Shown: piece after piece, positions 43,863 to 55,232 of the stretch | Position numbering within the stretch: the stretch's first letter is position 1 | How the letters are laid out: every line of letters starts with the position of its first letter | From: an uncultured Gemmatimonadales bacterium | Lineage (GTDB): Bacteria > Gemmatimonadota > Gemmatimonadetes > Gemmatimonadales > GWC2-71-9 | DNA: 64,000 bases | Reading direction: 5' to 3' | NCBI GenBank assembly: GCA_963844035.1 | Contig: CAWJMT010000010.1 | Span: 1 to 64,000 of the forward strand | The notes under the pieces: generated by a model | Told to the model about the DNA's origin: nothing | Database searches by the model: none | Seen by the model: only the letters and a program-made list of their open reading frames with translations | Position numbers and translations under genes: made by a program

Positions 43863-44019
43863 CGGCTCCTGGGCCGCTCGTGCTCGGTGCAACCTACCCC
43901 CGAACGCCGTCTCCATCGCTGCCGGAACACGCTCCTTCGAATATGCCACCGATACCCGAGGACAGCGAGCCGACACCGGCACTATTAGGCCGCGCGGGGT
44001 GCGACCTTCGGCTCCCGCA

Positions 44020-44065
44020 GCCTAACACTCAAGACGCGACATTTGCCGTCACGCGCTTGTGAGAT
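44020..44065 (-). other. short degenerate attC-like hairpin after brnA
   Basis: ATCTCACAAGCGCGTGAC..GTCGCGTCTTGAGTGTTAGGC shares ACAAGCGCGTGA with the attC left arm and ends in GTTRRRY. Confidence 0.45.
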
Positions 44066-44074
44066 CGCTGCTTC

Positions 44075-44323
44075 TCAGGCGCTCGTCCCTCCACGCTTGC
44101 GACTGGGCTTCCATTTCATATCCAGCTTCCGGCCGCTCGCCGCGCAATCGCGCAGGTAGAGGTTGATGAGGGTCTGGTAGGGCAGGTCCAGGTCGCTCGC
44201 GAGGGCCTTGAAGTAGGCCACCGCTCCTGAATCGAGCCTGATGGTCACCGCCTGCTTGAGACGGCTCGCGTAAGGATTCGGCCTGCCATGGGAAAAGTCG
44301 TATTCGCGTCTCATCTGCTCCAC
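44075..44323 (-). CDS. brnA: BrnA-family antitoxin
   Basis: MRREYDFS..NPY..K.AVTIRLD..YFK..PYQTLINLYLRDC. Confidence 0.9.
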   Translation of the reverse strand: MEQMRREYDFSHGRPNPYASRLKQAVTIRLDSGAVAYFKALASDLDLPYQTLINLYLRDCAASGRKLDMKWKPSRKRGGTSA

Positions 44324-44607
44324 CCCTCGTCGTATTGTTGGCGCTCATACATCGTCGCTCGGCGAGCGGAAATCATCCGAATCGTTTCCGCGCGTTCGTC
44401 ATAGGTGTGTACCACCACAAGAACGCGAAAGGCCGTGCTCAGACCCACCAGCACGAACCGGTCCTCCCTGGCGGAGTGATCCGGGTCGTCGAGCAGGATC
44501 GCGTGCTCATCCGCAAACACCGTGAGCGCTTCCTCGAACGAGAACCCGTGCTTGCGTTGATTCTCTGCGTCCTTCCTCAGGTCCCACACGAACCGCGGAC
44601 CCGCCAT
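44311..44607 (-). CDS. brnT: BrnT-family ribonuclease toxin
   Basis: FVWD..K..N.RKHG.SFEEA..VF.D, DPDHS..EDRF..VG, VVVHT, IRMISARRAT. Confidence 0.92.
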   Translation of the reverse strand: MAGPRFVWDLRKDAENQRKHGFSFEEALTVFADEHAILLDDPDHSAREDRFVLVGLSTAFRVLVVVHTYDERAETIRMISARRATMYERQQYDEGWSR

Positions 44608-44611
44608 CGTT

Positions 44612-44640
44612 AATGTACGTACGCTGTATGTATGCTGCAA
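44612..44640 (-). promoter_or_regulatory. sigma70-type promoter of brnTA with overlapping palindromic operator
   Basis: TTGCAG-N17-TACATT, then 4 nt and ATG; imperfect palindrome TACATACAGCGTACGTA spanning the spacer and -10. Confidence 0.7.
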
Positions 44641-44669
44641 TAGAAAGAGCACAGCAGCGCGCCTCAGGC

Positions 44670-45653
44670 TCACAGAAAGTCTGCCGGGCTGCGCACGCCG
44701 AGCCCGCCACGGTTCAATACGTGGGTGTAGATCATCGTGGTTCGCACATCGCGGTGGCCGAGCAGCTCCTGCACGGTGCGGATGTCGTACCCTGACTCGA
44801 GGAGATGGGTGGCGAACGAATGGCGGAAGGTGTGGCAGGTCGCGCGCTTGGGAATCCCCGCGTCGCGCACAGCCTGGGTGACCGCGCGCTGGACCGCGCT
44901 GTCATGAAGATGGTCGCGCCGCCAGTCGCCGGTCGCTGGATCCCTATACCGACGCGTGGCCGGAAACACCCACTGCCACGGCCACGCTCGGCTCGCCCCC
45001 GGTACCTTGTGCGCGAACGCGCCCGGCAACACCACCGCCCCCGCACCCTCGCGCAAATCGCCTTGATGCTGACGCTCGACTCGCCGCAGGTGATCCACCA
45101 GGCGAGGCCGCACGCTCACCGGCAGCATCGTCACCCGGTCCTGCTCCCCCTTGCCCCGGCGGATCACAATCTCGCCCCGGCCGAAATCGACGTCCTTCAC
45201 GCGCAACGTAAGCGCCTCGAGCAGCCGCAGCCCACTGCCGTAGAGCAAGTACGCGACGAGCTGCGACACGCCTCGCACATGCGCGATCACGGCCTTCGCC
45301 TCCGCCGGAGTCAGCACCACCGGTAACCGCCCCGGCTCCCTCGCCCGCACCACAACGGCCGATCCGGCCAGAGGCCGTCCCAGAACCTGCGCGAACACAA
45401 ATTGGAGGGCGCTGGCGGCCTGGTTCTGCGTCGCCGCCGCGACGCCCCCCGGATCGGCGAGGGACAGGAGAAATCGCGGCACCTCGCCCGGATCTACCTC
45501 GGCGGGATGACGCATGCCGCAGAAACGCACGAATCGCCGCACCCAGGCGACGTACGCCTCCTCTGTGCGGGGACTGTAGTGACGCATACGCAGGGCCTGG
45601 CGCAACTGCGCGAGGAGTCTGGGTCGTTGGGGCTCGGCGGGAACCGGCGCCAT
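44670..45653 (-). CDS. intI: integron integrase
   Basis: [34 protein letters not shown], integron-specific insert VLP.A..HK.P.A...[34 protein letters not shown]. Confidence 0.97.
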   Translation of the reverse strand: MAPVPAEPQRPRLLAQLRQALRMRHYSPRTEEAYVAWVRRFVRFCGMRHPAEVDPGEVPRFLLSLADPGGVAAATQNQAASALQFVFAQVLGRPLAGSAVVVRAREPGRLPVVLTPAEAKAVIAHVRGVSQLVAYLLYGSGLRLLEALTLRVKDVDFGRGEIVIRRGKGEQDRVTMLPVSVRPRLVDHLRRVERQHQGDLREGAGAVVLPGAFAHKVPGASRAWPWQWVFPATRRYRDPATGDWRRDHLHDSAVQRAVTQAVRDAGIPKRATCHTFRHSFATHLLESGYDIRTVQELLGHRDVRTTMIYTHVLNRGGLGVRSPADFL

Positions 45654-45781
45654 CGCCCCACCGTATCGAGCAAACCGGCCGCCGCTGAATCAGAGCTACG
45701 CGACGGGGGCCTTTTTCACGCGGGACAATCCTACCGCTTCGCCCGAGTTTTCAAGATTGTGCGCAGGGCGTCATTGACGGG

Positions 45782-46243
45782 TCAACCCCAAAACGGGGTC
45801 AGAATCACCCAGAGCGCTGCCGCCACGACTATGGCACCAACGATGCTCGTAATGGCACCATACCAGAGGGCGGAATTCCCGCTGAGCTCGCGCCCGTCAC
45901 CAGGCCAGCGGCTGCGGATACGACCCCGGATCATGCCGTCGCGCACGCCGACGATCATCGCGCGGCCACCGATGAATAGCATCAGGAGAGCGAATGCAAA
46001 CCGGAGGAATAGCGGCTCGCCGCCGTACAGAGGTCGTACCGCCTAAGAAGGCGATGGAGGTTGGCGCAGGTTGCGCCACGCGGCGATCGCCCCCGAGATC
46101 ATCCCGATCGCGATGATCGATCCATAGATGATCAACAACGCGTTGCCGGTGCGACGGTATGCGAGGACCGTGAGGACGAGCAGGCCCGCCCCAACGAGGA
46201 TCAGGACGATGACAACGGCGATGTTGAAGGCCCTCATCTCCAC
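45782..46243 (-). pseudogene. membrane protein gene with a single in-frame TAG (or two small ORFs)
   Basis: ORFs 46043-46243 and 45782-45982 share one frame and are separated only by TAG at 46043-46045. Confidence 0.5.
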
Positions 46244-46249
46244 TCCTGA

Positions 46250-47030
46250 CTATTCACGGAGGAGCGCGCGGGTGCGATCCAGGTGCTGGGCCCCGATCAG
46301 CGCCACACCCTCGCGAAACAGCCACGCGTAGACGGAGCGCTCCTCCGGTACGTGGTGGATCCGAATCGGGACGCCGTATTCCGCCGCCAGACGACGAGCG
46401 GCTGCAAGCACCTCTTCATCGGCCGGCGGCACGATACCCCGCCCCGACCACCTCAGGGTCTTGCCGTAATCGATGCTGACAAGACCGATGCGGGTCGCGA
46501 AGGGTTGCTCAGGTGGCGTGTCCTCAGGGCCGAGCTGAAGCTGCACCCGCAGAAAGCTGGGCCACGAGGATGGATCGGCCCCCCCGCGCGGCCACCATCC
46601 GACCAAGCGTGACCCGGACGCTGGGTGGTGACTCGGGGCTCGGGGCTTGCAGGATCTCCTCGTAGGCGAGCAGTTGGGACACGAGGAGTCGAAACGCCGC
46701 GGCATCAGCTTCCTTGAGCTCGATATTGAGCAGGAATGGTATCGAGTCGGACAGCACATGACCGCAGGCGCGCTGCCGCTGCCGCAGCGGCTCGAGGTAC
46801 AGTCGTCGCAGCGTCCTCGACCCTTGGATCTCGCCGCGCCCGTGACCGACAAACAACTCCGTCCCCACGCGAACCAGATCGGCTTCCGCGCCCCGGTATC
46901 CGTACGCCAGCGCGTCGAACAGCGGGCGCCGGTTGTAGTAGTCGTTATGCGAATAGGCAGGCAACAGGAGGGGGGTTCCGCACGGTATCCCGCGACGCAA
47001 CTGCGGACAGTGCAGAGAGGACGAGGAGCG
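46250..47030 (-). CDS. PLC-like/GDPD phosphodiesterase (AIM6-like), frameshifted
   Basis: AYSHNDY..RPLFDAL..G..GAEADL..VGH..RTL..LYLEPL..LLNIELK. Confidence 0.7.
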
Positions 47031-47043
47031 CGAGGATCGGTGC

Positions 47044-47802
47044 TCAGTCGGCGGTGGTCAACACCCGCGGCGCGCCGCTCTCCCGAATCGCCACCGTATG
47101 CTCGAAATGCGCCGAGAGCGAGCCGTCCTCCGTGACCACGGTCCACTTGTCGTCGAGCGTGCGAATGTCGGCGCCCCCCACATTGACCATCGGCTCGATC
47201 GCGATCGTCATCCCCGCCACCAGCCGCGGCCCGCGCCTGGGCTTGCCATAGTTCGGGACCTGGGGCTCCTCGTGGAAGCTGGCGCCGATCCCGTGCCCCA
47301 CCAGCTCCCGCACCACCGAATACCCCGCCCCCTCGGCCACCCGCTGCACCGCGTGGCCGATGTCGCCGACGTGGTTGCCGGCGCGCGCCTGCGCCACCCC
47401 GGCCGCGAGCGCCTCCTGCGTCACGCGCAACAGGTTCTGGGCCTCCGCCGACACGGCGACCACCGGAAACGTCGCGGCGGAGTCGACGTGCAGCCCGTCG
47501 AGCCACACCCCCACGTCCACACTCAGGAGGTCGCCCTCCTTGAGGATCCGCTTGGGCGACGGGATGCCGTGCACGATCTCCTGGTTGATCGACGTGCACA
47601 GCGTGGCGGGAAAATCGTAGAGGCCCTTGAAGGACGGCTTGGCGCCGGGATGGCTGCGGATGAACTGCTCGGCGATCCGGTCCAGCGCCTCGGTGGACAC
47701 GCCGGGACGGACCTCCCGCGCCACCACCGCCAGCGTTTCGGCGAGGATGCGGCCGGCGACCGCCATCGTCTCGAGCTCGCGCGGCGACTTGATGGTGATC
47801 AT
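47044..47802 (-). CDS. map: methionine aminopeptidase type I
   Basis: CTSINQEIVHGIP, DVG..DSA, LVGHGIG..FHEEP, AIEPM, SAHFEHT. Confidence 0.97.
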   Translation of the reverse strand: MITIKSPRELETMAVAGRILAETLAVVAREVRPGVSTEALDRIAEQFIRSHPGAKPSFKGLYDFPATLCTSINQEIVHGIPSPKRILKEGDLLSVDVGVWLDGLHVDSAATFPVVAVSAEAQNLLRVTQEALAAGVAQARAGNHVGDIGHAVQRVAEGAGYSVVRELVGHGIGASFHEEPQVPNYGKPRRGPRLVAGMTIAIEPMVNVGGADIRTLDDKWTVVTEDGSLSAHFEHTVAIRESGAPRVLTTAD

Positions 47803-48362
47803 TGGCCGAGGATGCGGGTGATCTCGGTCGCGATCTCTTCCACCGAGCCGGTCCCCGGCACCCGGTGCACGTTGCCGCGCGGAGCGTAGTGGGCGATGAG
47901 CGGAGCGGTGTCGCGCTGGTACACCTGGAGCCGCGTGCGGATGGTCTCGGGCGTGTCGTCCGACCGCCGTTCGATCCCGGCTCGGGCTTGAATGCGCCGC
48001 ACCAGCTCGTCCTCGCCCACGTCCAGCAGCAGGATGTGCGTGAGCCGATGCCCTCGCTCGGCCAAGGTGCGGTCCACCAGCTCGGCCTGCGCGGCGTTGC
48101 GCGGGAAGCCGTCGAGGATGGCGCCCTGCGCCGCTTCCGGCTTCGCCAGCTCGTCCTTGATCAGGCCGAGGATGACGCCGTCGGGCACGAGCTGGCCCTT
48201 GTCCATGTATTTCTTGGCGTCCTTGCCGAGCGGCGTGCCCGCCTTGACGGCGGCACGGAGCAGGTCACCGGTGGTGATTTTGGGGAGGCCCAGGCGTTGC
48301 GCAAGAATGTTCCCCTGGGTGCCTTTGCCCGAGCCCGGAGCGCCGAGGAGGAGAATGAACAC
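47799..48362 (-). CDS. adk: adenylate kinase (short LID)
   Basis: GAPGSGKGTQ, TGDLLR, LDGFPR, RSDD. Confidence 0.97.
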   Translation of the reverse strand: MFILLLGAPGSGKGTQGNILAQRLGLPKITTGDLLRAAVKAGTPLGKDAKKYMDKGQLVPDGVILGLIKDELAKPEAAQGAILDGFPRNAAQAELVDRTLAERGHRLTHILLLDVGEDELVRRIQARAGIERRSDDTPETIRTRLQVYQRDTAPLIAHYAPRGNVHRVPGTGSVEEIATEITRILGQ

Positions 48363-48368
48363 GCGAGG

Positions 48369-49690
48369 CTACATGTACCGCTGGCGCCCGCGGAACTTGA
48401 CGCGACCTTCCTTCATGAAGCCGTCGTAGTGCCGGAGCAAGAGGTGCTGCTGCACCTGCTGAACCGTGTCCAGCGCGACGCCGACCACGATCAGGAGCGC
48501 CGTCCCACCGAACCCGAAGGGCATGTTGAGCACGTTGGAAATGATGATCGGCATCAGCGCCACGGCGGTCAGGAAGAGCGAGCCCGGCAGCGTGATGCGC
48601 GACAGCACCTCGTCGATGTAGTCGGCGGTCGCGGCGCCCGGTTTCACCCCGGGGATGAACCCGCCCTGCTTCTTCAGGTTTTCCGCCAGGTCCACCGGGT
48701 TGAAGATGATGGACGTGTAGAAGTACGCGAAGAAGATGATCAGCACCGCGCTGGTGATGATGTACACCCACGACGTGGTGTTGAAGTACTCGGCGAGGCG
48801 CTTCAGCGCCGGGTTGTTGCTGAAGGTCGCGAGCGTGCCGGGCACGATGATCAGCGACTGCGCGAAGATGATCGGCATCACGCCGGACGAGTTGATGCGC
48901 AGCGGGATGAACGTCTTCTGGCCTTCACGGATCCGCCCGCGGCCCATCACCTTGCGCGGGATCTGGATCGGGATGCGCCGCGCCGCCACCGTGACCGCCA
49001 CCGTGCCCGCCACCACGAAGACCATGATCGTGAGCACGATGAGCAGCGTCGGGAACGACAGCGAGTGCGCCCGCAGCGCCTCGATGGTCCGCAGCGTTTC
49101 GGGCCACATCCGCTCGACGATCGAGAAGAAGATCAGGAGGCTGGCGCCGTTGCCGATGCCCCGCTCGGTGATCTGCTCGCCCAGCCACATCACGAAGATG
49201 CCGCCGGTCGAGAGCGTGAGCACCGTGGTCATGCGGAAGCCCCACCCCGGACTCGCCACCGCCCCCGGCAGCTGCTCGGAGAACACCGCGTAGCCGTACG
49301 CCTGGAACACGCACAGGATCACGGTCAGGTAGCGGGTCCACTGCGTGAGCTTCTTTTTGCCCTTCCTCGTCGCGCTGCATCTTCTCGATCGCCGGGAACA
49401 CCGGCGCCGCGAGCTGGAATACGATGCTCGCCGAGATGAAGGGCATGATGCCGAGCGCGAAGACCGTCGCGCGTGAGAAGCCGCCGCCCGCGAACAGATC
49501 GTACAGGCTGAACAGCGTGCCCTGCCCCGCGGTCTTGAGGAAATCCGCCAGGGCCGAGACGTTCACGCCCGGGCGTCGCGATGTGCGCGCCGATCCGGTA
49601 CACCAGCAGGCAGATGAGCGTGACGGAAAACTTTTCCCAGAGATCCTCCGGGAACTTGAACACGTTCATCCAGTTGGGAAGCCGAAACAT
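48369..49690 (-). CDS. secY: preprotein translocase SecY, frameshifted
   Basis: FALGIMPFISASI, WLGEQITERGIGNG, GVMPIIFA, GGFIPGVKPG, GGTALLIVVGV. Confidence 0.97.
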
Positions 49691-49697
49691 GGATGGC

Positions 49698-50269
49698 TCA
49701 GGCCTCGATGGTTCCGCCCGCCTGCTCGATCTTCGCGCGCGCGGATGCGGACACCGCGACGCTCTTCACCACGAACTTCCGGGCGACGTCGCCCGTGCCG
49801 AGCAGCTTGATGGCATGATCCGGCCGGCCCACCAGCCCGGCGCCGAACAGCGTATCGGGGGTCACCTCGACGCCCTCAGCGAGCGTGGCGAGCTGGTGCA
49901 CGTTGACGACCTGCGCGATCTGCTTGAACGGATTGGTGAAGCCGCGCTTGGGGATGCGCCGGATGAGCGGCATCTGGCCGCCCTCGAACCCGGGGCGCGT
50001 GCTGCCGCCCGAGCGCGCCGTCTGGCCCTTGCCGCCGCGGCCGGCGGTCTTGCCCAGCCCCGAGCCCGGCCCGCGTCCCTTGCGGAGACGCGCGCGATGC
50101 GAGCCGACGGGCGGCTTCAGGCTGTGGAGCGTCACCCGCGCCACGGCGGCGGCTGCGGCGGCCGGCACGCGCCTTCGCTTTCGCGGCCGCGCCGCCGGTT
50201 TCGTCGGTTCTTGCCGCTTGTCTTCGCGCTTCGGCTGCGGCCTTCGCGCGGTTTCTTCTCCTTCGCCAT
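49698..50269 (-). CDS. rplO: 50S ribosomal protein L15 with N-terminal extension
   Basis: GRGPGSGLGKTAGRGGKGQ, GFEGGQMPL. Confidence 0.95.
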
Positions 50270-50271
50270 CG

Positions 50272-50539
50272 TTACTCCCGAGCCTTGGCGGGCGTCACCT
50301 CGATGAGGTGGCGCACCTTGTAGAGCATGCCGCGCAGCGACGGGTGATCGGTCTTGACCACCACGTGCCTGATGGTGCTTGAGGCCCAGGGCCTCGAGCG
50401 TGCGACGCTCGGGCGCCGGGCGGCCGATGCCGGACCGCACCTGCTCGATGCGCAGCTGCCCCTTGCCTGCGGGCGGCATCTTCCGGTCGCGGCCCGGTTT
50501 GCGCTTGCGGAACCGGCGTGTCGGGGGAAGCCTACCCAC
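50272..50539 (-). CDS. rpmD: 50S ribosomal protein L30, frameshifted
   Basis: [31 protein letters not shown]. Confidence 0.9.
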
Positions 50540-51251
50540 GGGTCGCCTCCTGGCGCGGCTTGTACTGAATCATTTCCACCTCGACGCCGCGCTCGCGTGC
50601 GACGCGCCGCTGCGGTCGTCAGATGCAGCAGCCCGTCGATCGTCGCCCGCACCATGTTGTGCGGGTTGGTGGAGCCGAGGCTCTTGGTGAGGATGTCCCG
50701 GACGCCGACGCACTCGAGCACGGCGCGCACCGGGCCGCCGGCGATGACGCCGGTTCCGGTCGCGGCGGGCTTCAAGCAGCACGCGCCCGGCGCCGTGATG
50801 CCCGATGATCTCGTGCGGGATCGTGCCGCCGGTGAGCGGAATCTCGACGAGTTTGCGCCGCGCGGATTCGACCGCTTTGCGCACCGCCTCGCTCACTTCG
50901 TTCGCCTTGCCGGTCGCGATGCCGACTCGACCCTGCCCGTCGCCCACGGCGACGAGCGCGTTGAATCCGAACCGGCGGCCACCCTTCACGACCTTGGCGA
51001 CGCGGTTGATGGCGATCACGTTCTCGACCAGCCCGTCGCCTTCGCGCTGCCGCTCGCCGCCGCCGCCGCGCTCACCGCCCCGTCCACGACCGCGACCGCC
51101 ACCACCACCGCCACCACCACCACCACCGCCGCCGCCGCGCCCACCCTGGCCGCGGGACGGGCGATGCGGCGCGTGCGCCGGCGTCCGGGGCGCTTCTGCC
51201 GGCGCCGTGGCCGGGACCGCGGGCCGCTGCCTGTTCCTGATCGTCGATCAT
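50532..51251 (-). CDS. rpsE: 30S ribosomal protein S5 with Gly/Arg-rich N-terminal extension, frameshifted
   Basis: [39 protein letters not shown]. Confidence 0.95.
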
Positions 51252-51622
51252 CAGAACTCCAATCCGCCTTTGCGCGCGCCCTCGGCCACAGCCTTCACCC
51301 GCCCGTGGTAGCGATAGCCCGCCCGGTCGAATACGACCTTCGTAATGCCCTTGGTCTTCGCCTTCTCGGCGACCAGCTGGCCCAGGGCAAAGCTCTTGCC
51401 GGTCTTCCCCTTCGCATCCGCCGGGATCCCCTCACTCCGGTCGGACGCTCCGAGCAACGTCACCCGGGCGTCATCGTCCACCAGCTGCGCGTAGGTGTGC
51501 TTCGACGACCGGAACACCACGAGCCGCGGACGGGCCGCCGTCCCGCGCACCTTCTTCCGGACGCGGAGGTGGCGCCGATAGCGCTCGTCGGCGCGCGTCT
51601 TGATCCTGTAGAGTGAGCGCAT
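51251..51622 (-). CDS. rplR: 50S ribosomal protein L18
   Basis: [25 protein letters not shown]. Confidence 0.97.
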   Translation of the reverse strand: MRSLYRIKTRADERYRRHLRVRKKVRGTAARPRLVVFRSSKHTYAQLVDDDARVTLLGASDRSEGIPADAKGKTGKSFALGQLVAEKAKTKGITKVVFDRAGYRYHGRVKAVAEGARKGGLEF

Positions 51623-51624
51623 GG

Positions 51625-52173
51625 CTACTTGGCCGCCGCCTGAGCGGTCTTGCCGGCCTTGCGGCGCACCTGCTCGCCCTGGTAGCGGACCCCTTTGCCC
51701 TTGTAGGGCTCGGGGGGCCGCACGTTGCGCAGCTCCGCCGCCACCTGGCCGACCATCTCCTTGTCGATGCCTTCGATTTTCACGATCACGTTGTTCTCGA
51801 CCGAGATCTTCACGCCCGCGGGGGCGTGATAGGGGACGGGATGTGAGAAGCCGACGACCAGCTGCACGCCGAACGGCTTCGGCTCGGCCTTGTAGCCGAC
51901 GCCCTGAATCTCGAGCGTCTTCTGGAATCCCTTGGTCACCCCGTCCACCATGTTGGCGACCAGGGTGCGGGTCAGGCCGTGCAACGCCTTGTGCTGGGCC
52001 TCATCGGAGGGCCGGCGCACCACGACGGTGCCCTCTTCGACGGCGAGGCTCATGGCGGCGTGGAACGTCCGGACGAGCTCACCCTTCGGCCCTTTGACGG
52101 TGAGCTTCTGGCCGTCGAGCGTGGCCGTCACGCCCTTGGGGATCGGAACGGGTCGCTTGCCGATACGTGACAT
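51625..52173 (-). CDS. rplF: 50S ribosomal protein L6
   Basis: [18 protein letters not shown]. Confidence 0.97.
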   Translation of the reverse strand: MSRIGKRPVPIPKGVTATLDGQKLTVKGPKGELVRTFHAAMSLAVEEGTVVVRRPSDEAQHKALHGLTRTLVANMVDGVTKGFQKTLEIQGVGYKAEPKPFGVQLVVGFSHPVPYHAPAGVKISVENNVIVKIEGIDKEMVGQVAAELRNVRPPEPYKGKGVRYQGEQVRRKAGKTAQAAAK

Positions 52174-52182
52174 GCGCCGCTC

Positions 52183-52579
52183 CTACCAGACCAGGGCGAG
52201 CAGCTCACCGCCGATACGGGCGGTGCGCGCTTCGCGGTCCGACATCAGGCCCTGGGGCGTCGACAGGATCGCCATCCCGAGGCCGTTTCTGACGCGCGGG
52301 ATCTCGCGCGCCTTGACGTACCGTCGCAGGCCCGGCGCGGACACCCGCTTGCAGCTCGCGGATGACGGGCGCGTCGTTGTGGTACTTCAAATAGAGGCGC
52401 AGGAGTCCGTGCCGCCCATCATCCAGCACCTTGTAGTCCTGGATGTAATGGTTGTCGCGGAGAATGCGCGCGATTTCGACCTTCAGCTTCGACACCGGCA
52501 TGTCCGCCCGTCGGTGGCCCGCCGTACAGGCGTTGCGCACCCGGGTCAGCATATCGGCGACGGGATCTGTTAGGCTCAT
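52183..52579 (-). CDS. rpsH: 30S ribosomal protein S8, frameshifted
   Basis: [31 protein letters not shown]. Confidence 0.95.
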
Positions 52580-52595
52580 CTCGTCCTTCCGTCCT

Positions 52596-52781
52596 TTACC
52601 AACTGGCCTTGCGCACGCCGGGGATTTCCCCGCGCAGTGCGAGCTCGCGGAAACAGATGCGGCACAATCCGAACTTGCGGAGGGTGCCCCGGCTCCGGCC
52701 GCAACGCTGGCAGCGGTAGTAGCCGCGCACCTTGAACTTCGGTTTCCGCTTGACCTTCTCCATCCAGCACTTCTTCGCCAT
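52596..52781 (-). CDS. rpsN: 30S ribosomal protein S14 (Zn-binding type Z)
   Basis: [26 protein letters not shown]. Confidence 0.97.
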   Translation of the reverse strand: MAKKCWMEKVKRKPKFKVRGYYRCQRCGRSRGTLRKFGLCRICFRELALRGEIPGVRKASW

Positions 52782-52792
52782 CCGAGAATCTC

Positions 52793-53560
52793 CTAGTAGG
52801 TGACCGCAACCGGAGCTTCGCCCCGGAACGGCATACCCAGCTCCCGCAGGAGGGCCATGGCCGCGTCGTCGCGGCCGGCATTGGTGACGATCGTGATATC
52901 CATCCCGTGGATCTGATCGACTTTGTCGTAGTCGATCTCGGGAAAAATCATCTGCTCCTTGATGCCGACGGTGTAGTTGCCCCGCCCGTCGAAACTGTTG
53001 GCCGGCAGCCCGCGGAAGTCGCGCATGCGCGGCACCGCGATCGTGATGAACCGGTCCAGGAACTCATACATCCGTGCCGGCGCGCAGCGTGACCGCGCAG
53101 CCGATCGGCATGCCCTCGCGCAACCCGAAGTTCGCGATCGCCTTCTTCGCCCGCGTCACCACCGGCTTCTGCCCGGTGATCGAGCCGAGCTCCGGCGACG
53201 GCCGTCTCGAGCGCCTTCGGGTTCTTCTGGGCGGCGCCCATCCCGACGTTCAAGCACGATCTTCACGAGCCGCGGAATCTGGTGCGGGTTCGTGAATCCG
53301 AACTGCTGCGTCAGCTTGGCCCGCACGCGCTGCTCGTAGTGGTCCAGCAGCCGCGGCCGCGGGCCCGGCTCGGGCGGCGGACCTTCGGGCTGCGCCGGAG
53401 CCTGCGCCCCGCCGTCCGGACCCTTCTTGGGCTTCTTGGCCTTCTGCTCCTTGCCCTTGGGCTCCTCGCCCTTGTACTCCTTGCCCGCCGCCCCGGCGTC
53501 GCCGCCGCCCTTCTTGGGCTGCTTCTCCTGCTTCTCGTGCTTCTCTTTCGTATCCGCCAT
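52793..53560 (-). CDS. rplE: 50S ribosomal protein L5 with Lys-rich N-terminal extension, frameshifted
   Basis: [29 protein letters not shown]. Confidence 0.95.
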
Positions 53561-53949
53561 TATTTCGCCCTCACCCGCGGAATCGGCTGACCGGACTTGA
53601 CCGCGATCCGCTCGAACGTCCCGTCCTTGTCGCGACGCCGCCGCACGCGCGTCGGCTCACCGGATTTGGGGTCGAGCAGCATGACGTTGGACGCGGCGAT
53701 CGGGCCGGCGATCTCGATGATGCCGCTCTCGCCCTGGGCGGTCGTCGCGCGCTTGTGCTTCTTGAGGAGGTTGATCCCCTCGACGATGATCCGGAACTGC
53801 TTGGGGTAGACCTCCAGGATCTTCCCCTCGCGGCCGCGGTGCTCGCCCCGGATGACGCGCACGGTGTCGCCCTTGGCGACGTGCATCTTGTGGCGCTCGG
53901 GCTCGGTGCCGCGCACGCGGCGGCTCTTCTTGTAGACGAGCGGCTTCAT
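53560..53949 (-). CDS. rplX: 50S ribosomal protein L24
   Basis: [23 protein letters not shown]. Confidence 0.95.
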   Translation of the reverse strand: MKPLVYKKSRRVRGTEPERHKMHVAKGDTVRVIRGEHRGREGKILEVYPKQFRIIVEGINLLKKHKRATTAQGESGIIEIAGPIAASNVMLLDPKSGEPTRVRRRRDKDGTFERIAVKSGQPIPRVRAK

Positions 53950-53950
53950 G

Positions 53951-54319
53951 TCAGATCACCTCCGGCGCGAGCGACACGATCTTCATGAACTTCTTCTCGC
54001 GCAGCTCGCGGCCCACCGGGCCGAAGATGCGCGTGGCGCGCGGCTCGCCCGTGTCGGTGATCAGGACGGCGGCGTTCTCGTCGAACCGGATGTAGGAGCC
54101 GTCCTTCCGCCGCGTCTCTTTGGCGGTGCGCACGATCACGGCCTTCACCACCTCGCCCTTCTTGATCTGGCCGGTGGGAATGGCGTGCTTGATCGTGACG
54201 ACGACGATGTCGCCCAGCCCCGCGTAGCGGCGCTTGGATCCACCGAGCACGCGGATGACGAGCGCGTCGCGCGCGCCCGAATTGTCCGCGATTTTGAGAA
54301 TCGTTTCCTGCTGTACCAC
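53951..54319 (-). CDS. rplN: 50S ribosomal protein L14
   Basis: [26 protein letters not shown]. Confidence 0.97.
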   Translation of the reverse strand: MVQQETILKIADNSGARDALVIRVLGGSKRRYAGLGDIVVVTIKHAIPTGQIKKGEVVKAVIVRTAKETRRKDGSYIRFDENAAVLITDTGEPRATRIFGPVGRELREKKFMKIVSLAPEVI

Positions 54320-54335
54320 GGTGCCGTCCCCTTCC

Positions 54336-54614
54336 TCAGCGTGCCCGCTCGACGATTTCGACGACACGCCACCGCTTGGTCTTCGACAGCGGCCGTGTCT
54401 CCATGATGCGCACCGTATCGCCGGCCTTCGCCCCCTGCTCGTCGTGGGCGTGCACGTGCTTGGTGCGGACCACCTGCTTGCCGTACAGCGCGTGCGCAAA
54501 GCGGCGCGTGAGCGTGACCGTGACGGTCTTCGTCATCTTGTCGCTCACGACGACGCCGGTGCGCACCTTGCGCCGGCCCCTCACGAGGGTCTCACTACTT
54601 GCCGGAGTGCTCAT
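54336..54614 (-). CDS. rpsQ: 30S ribosomal protein S17
   Basis: [22 protein letters not shown]. Confidence 0.97.
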   Translation of the reverse strand: MSTPASSETLVRGRRKVRTGVVVSDKMTKTVTVTLTRRFAHALYGKQVVRTKHVHAHDEQGAKAGDTVRIMETRPLSKTKRWRVVEIVERAR

Positions 54615-54814
54615 GCCGATGCCCTCTCACGCAGAATCGTTTTGACGCGCGCGATCTCGCGGCGCATCGCCCGGAACTGCAGCGGGTTGGTAATCGCCTC
54701 CGTGCCCCGGCGGAACGCCAGCCGGAAGCGCTCTTCCTGAAGCACCGCGAGCTTCTGCTCCAGGTCTTCGGTCTTCAGCTCCCGCAGCCCTTCGGCCTTC
54801 AGCGGCTTGGCCAT
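54611..54814 (-). CDS. rpmC: 50S ribosomal protein L29
   Basis: [13 protein letters not shown]; syntenic position. Confidence 0.95.
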   Translation of the reverse strand: MAKPLKAEGLRELKTEDLEQKLAVLQEERFRLAFRRGTEAITNPLQFRAMRREIARVKTILRERASA

Positions 54815-54815
54815 C

Positions 54816-55229
<414 letters not shown>

Positions 55230-55232
55230 GCC

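Noticed and set aside
43984..44026. TTAGGC...GCCTAA hairpin as an attC on its own
   Set aside because: The core boxes face the wrong way for an attC; at most it is an empty mini-cassette or part of the attI region.
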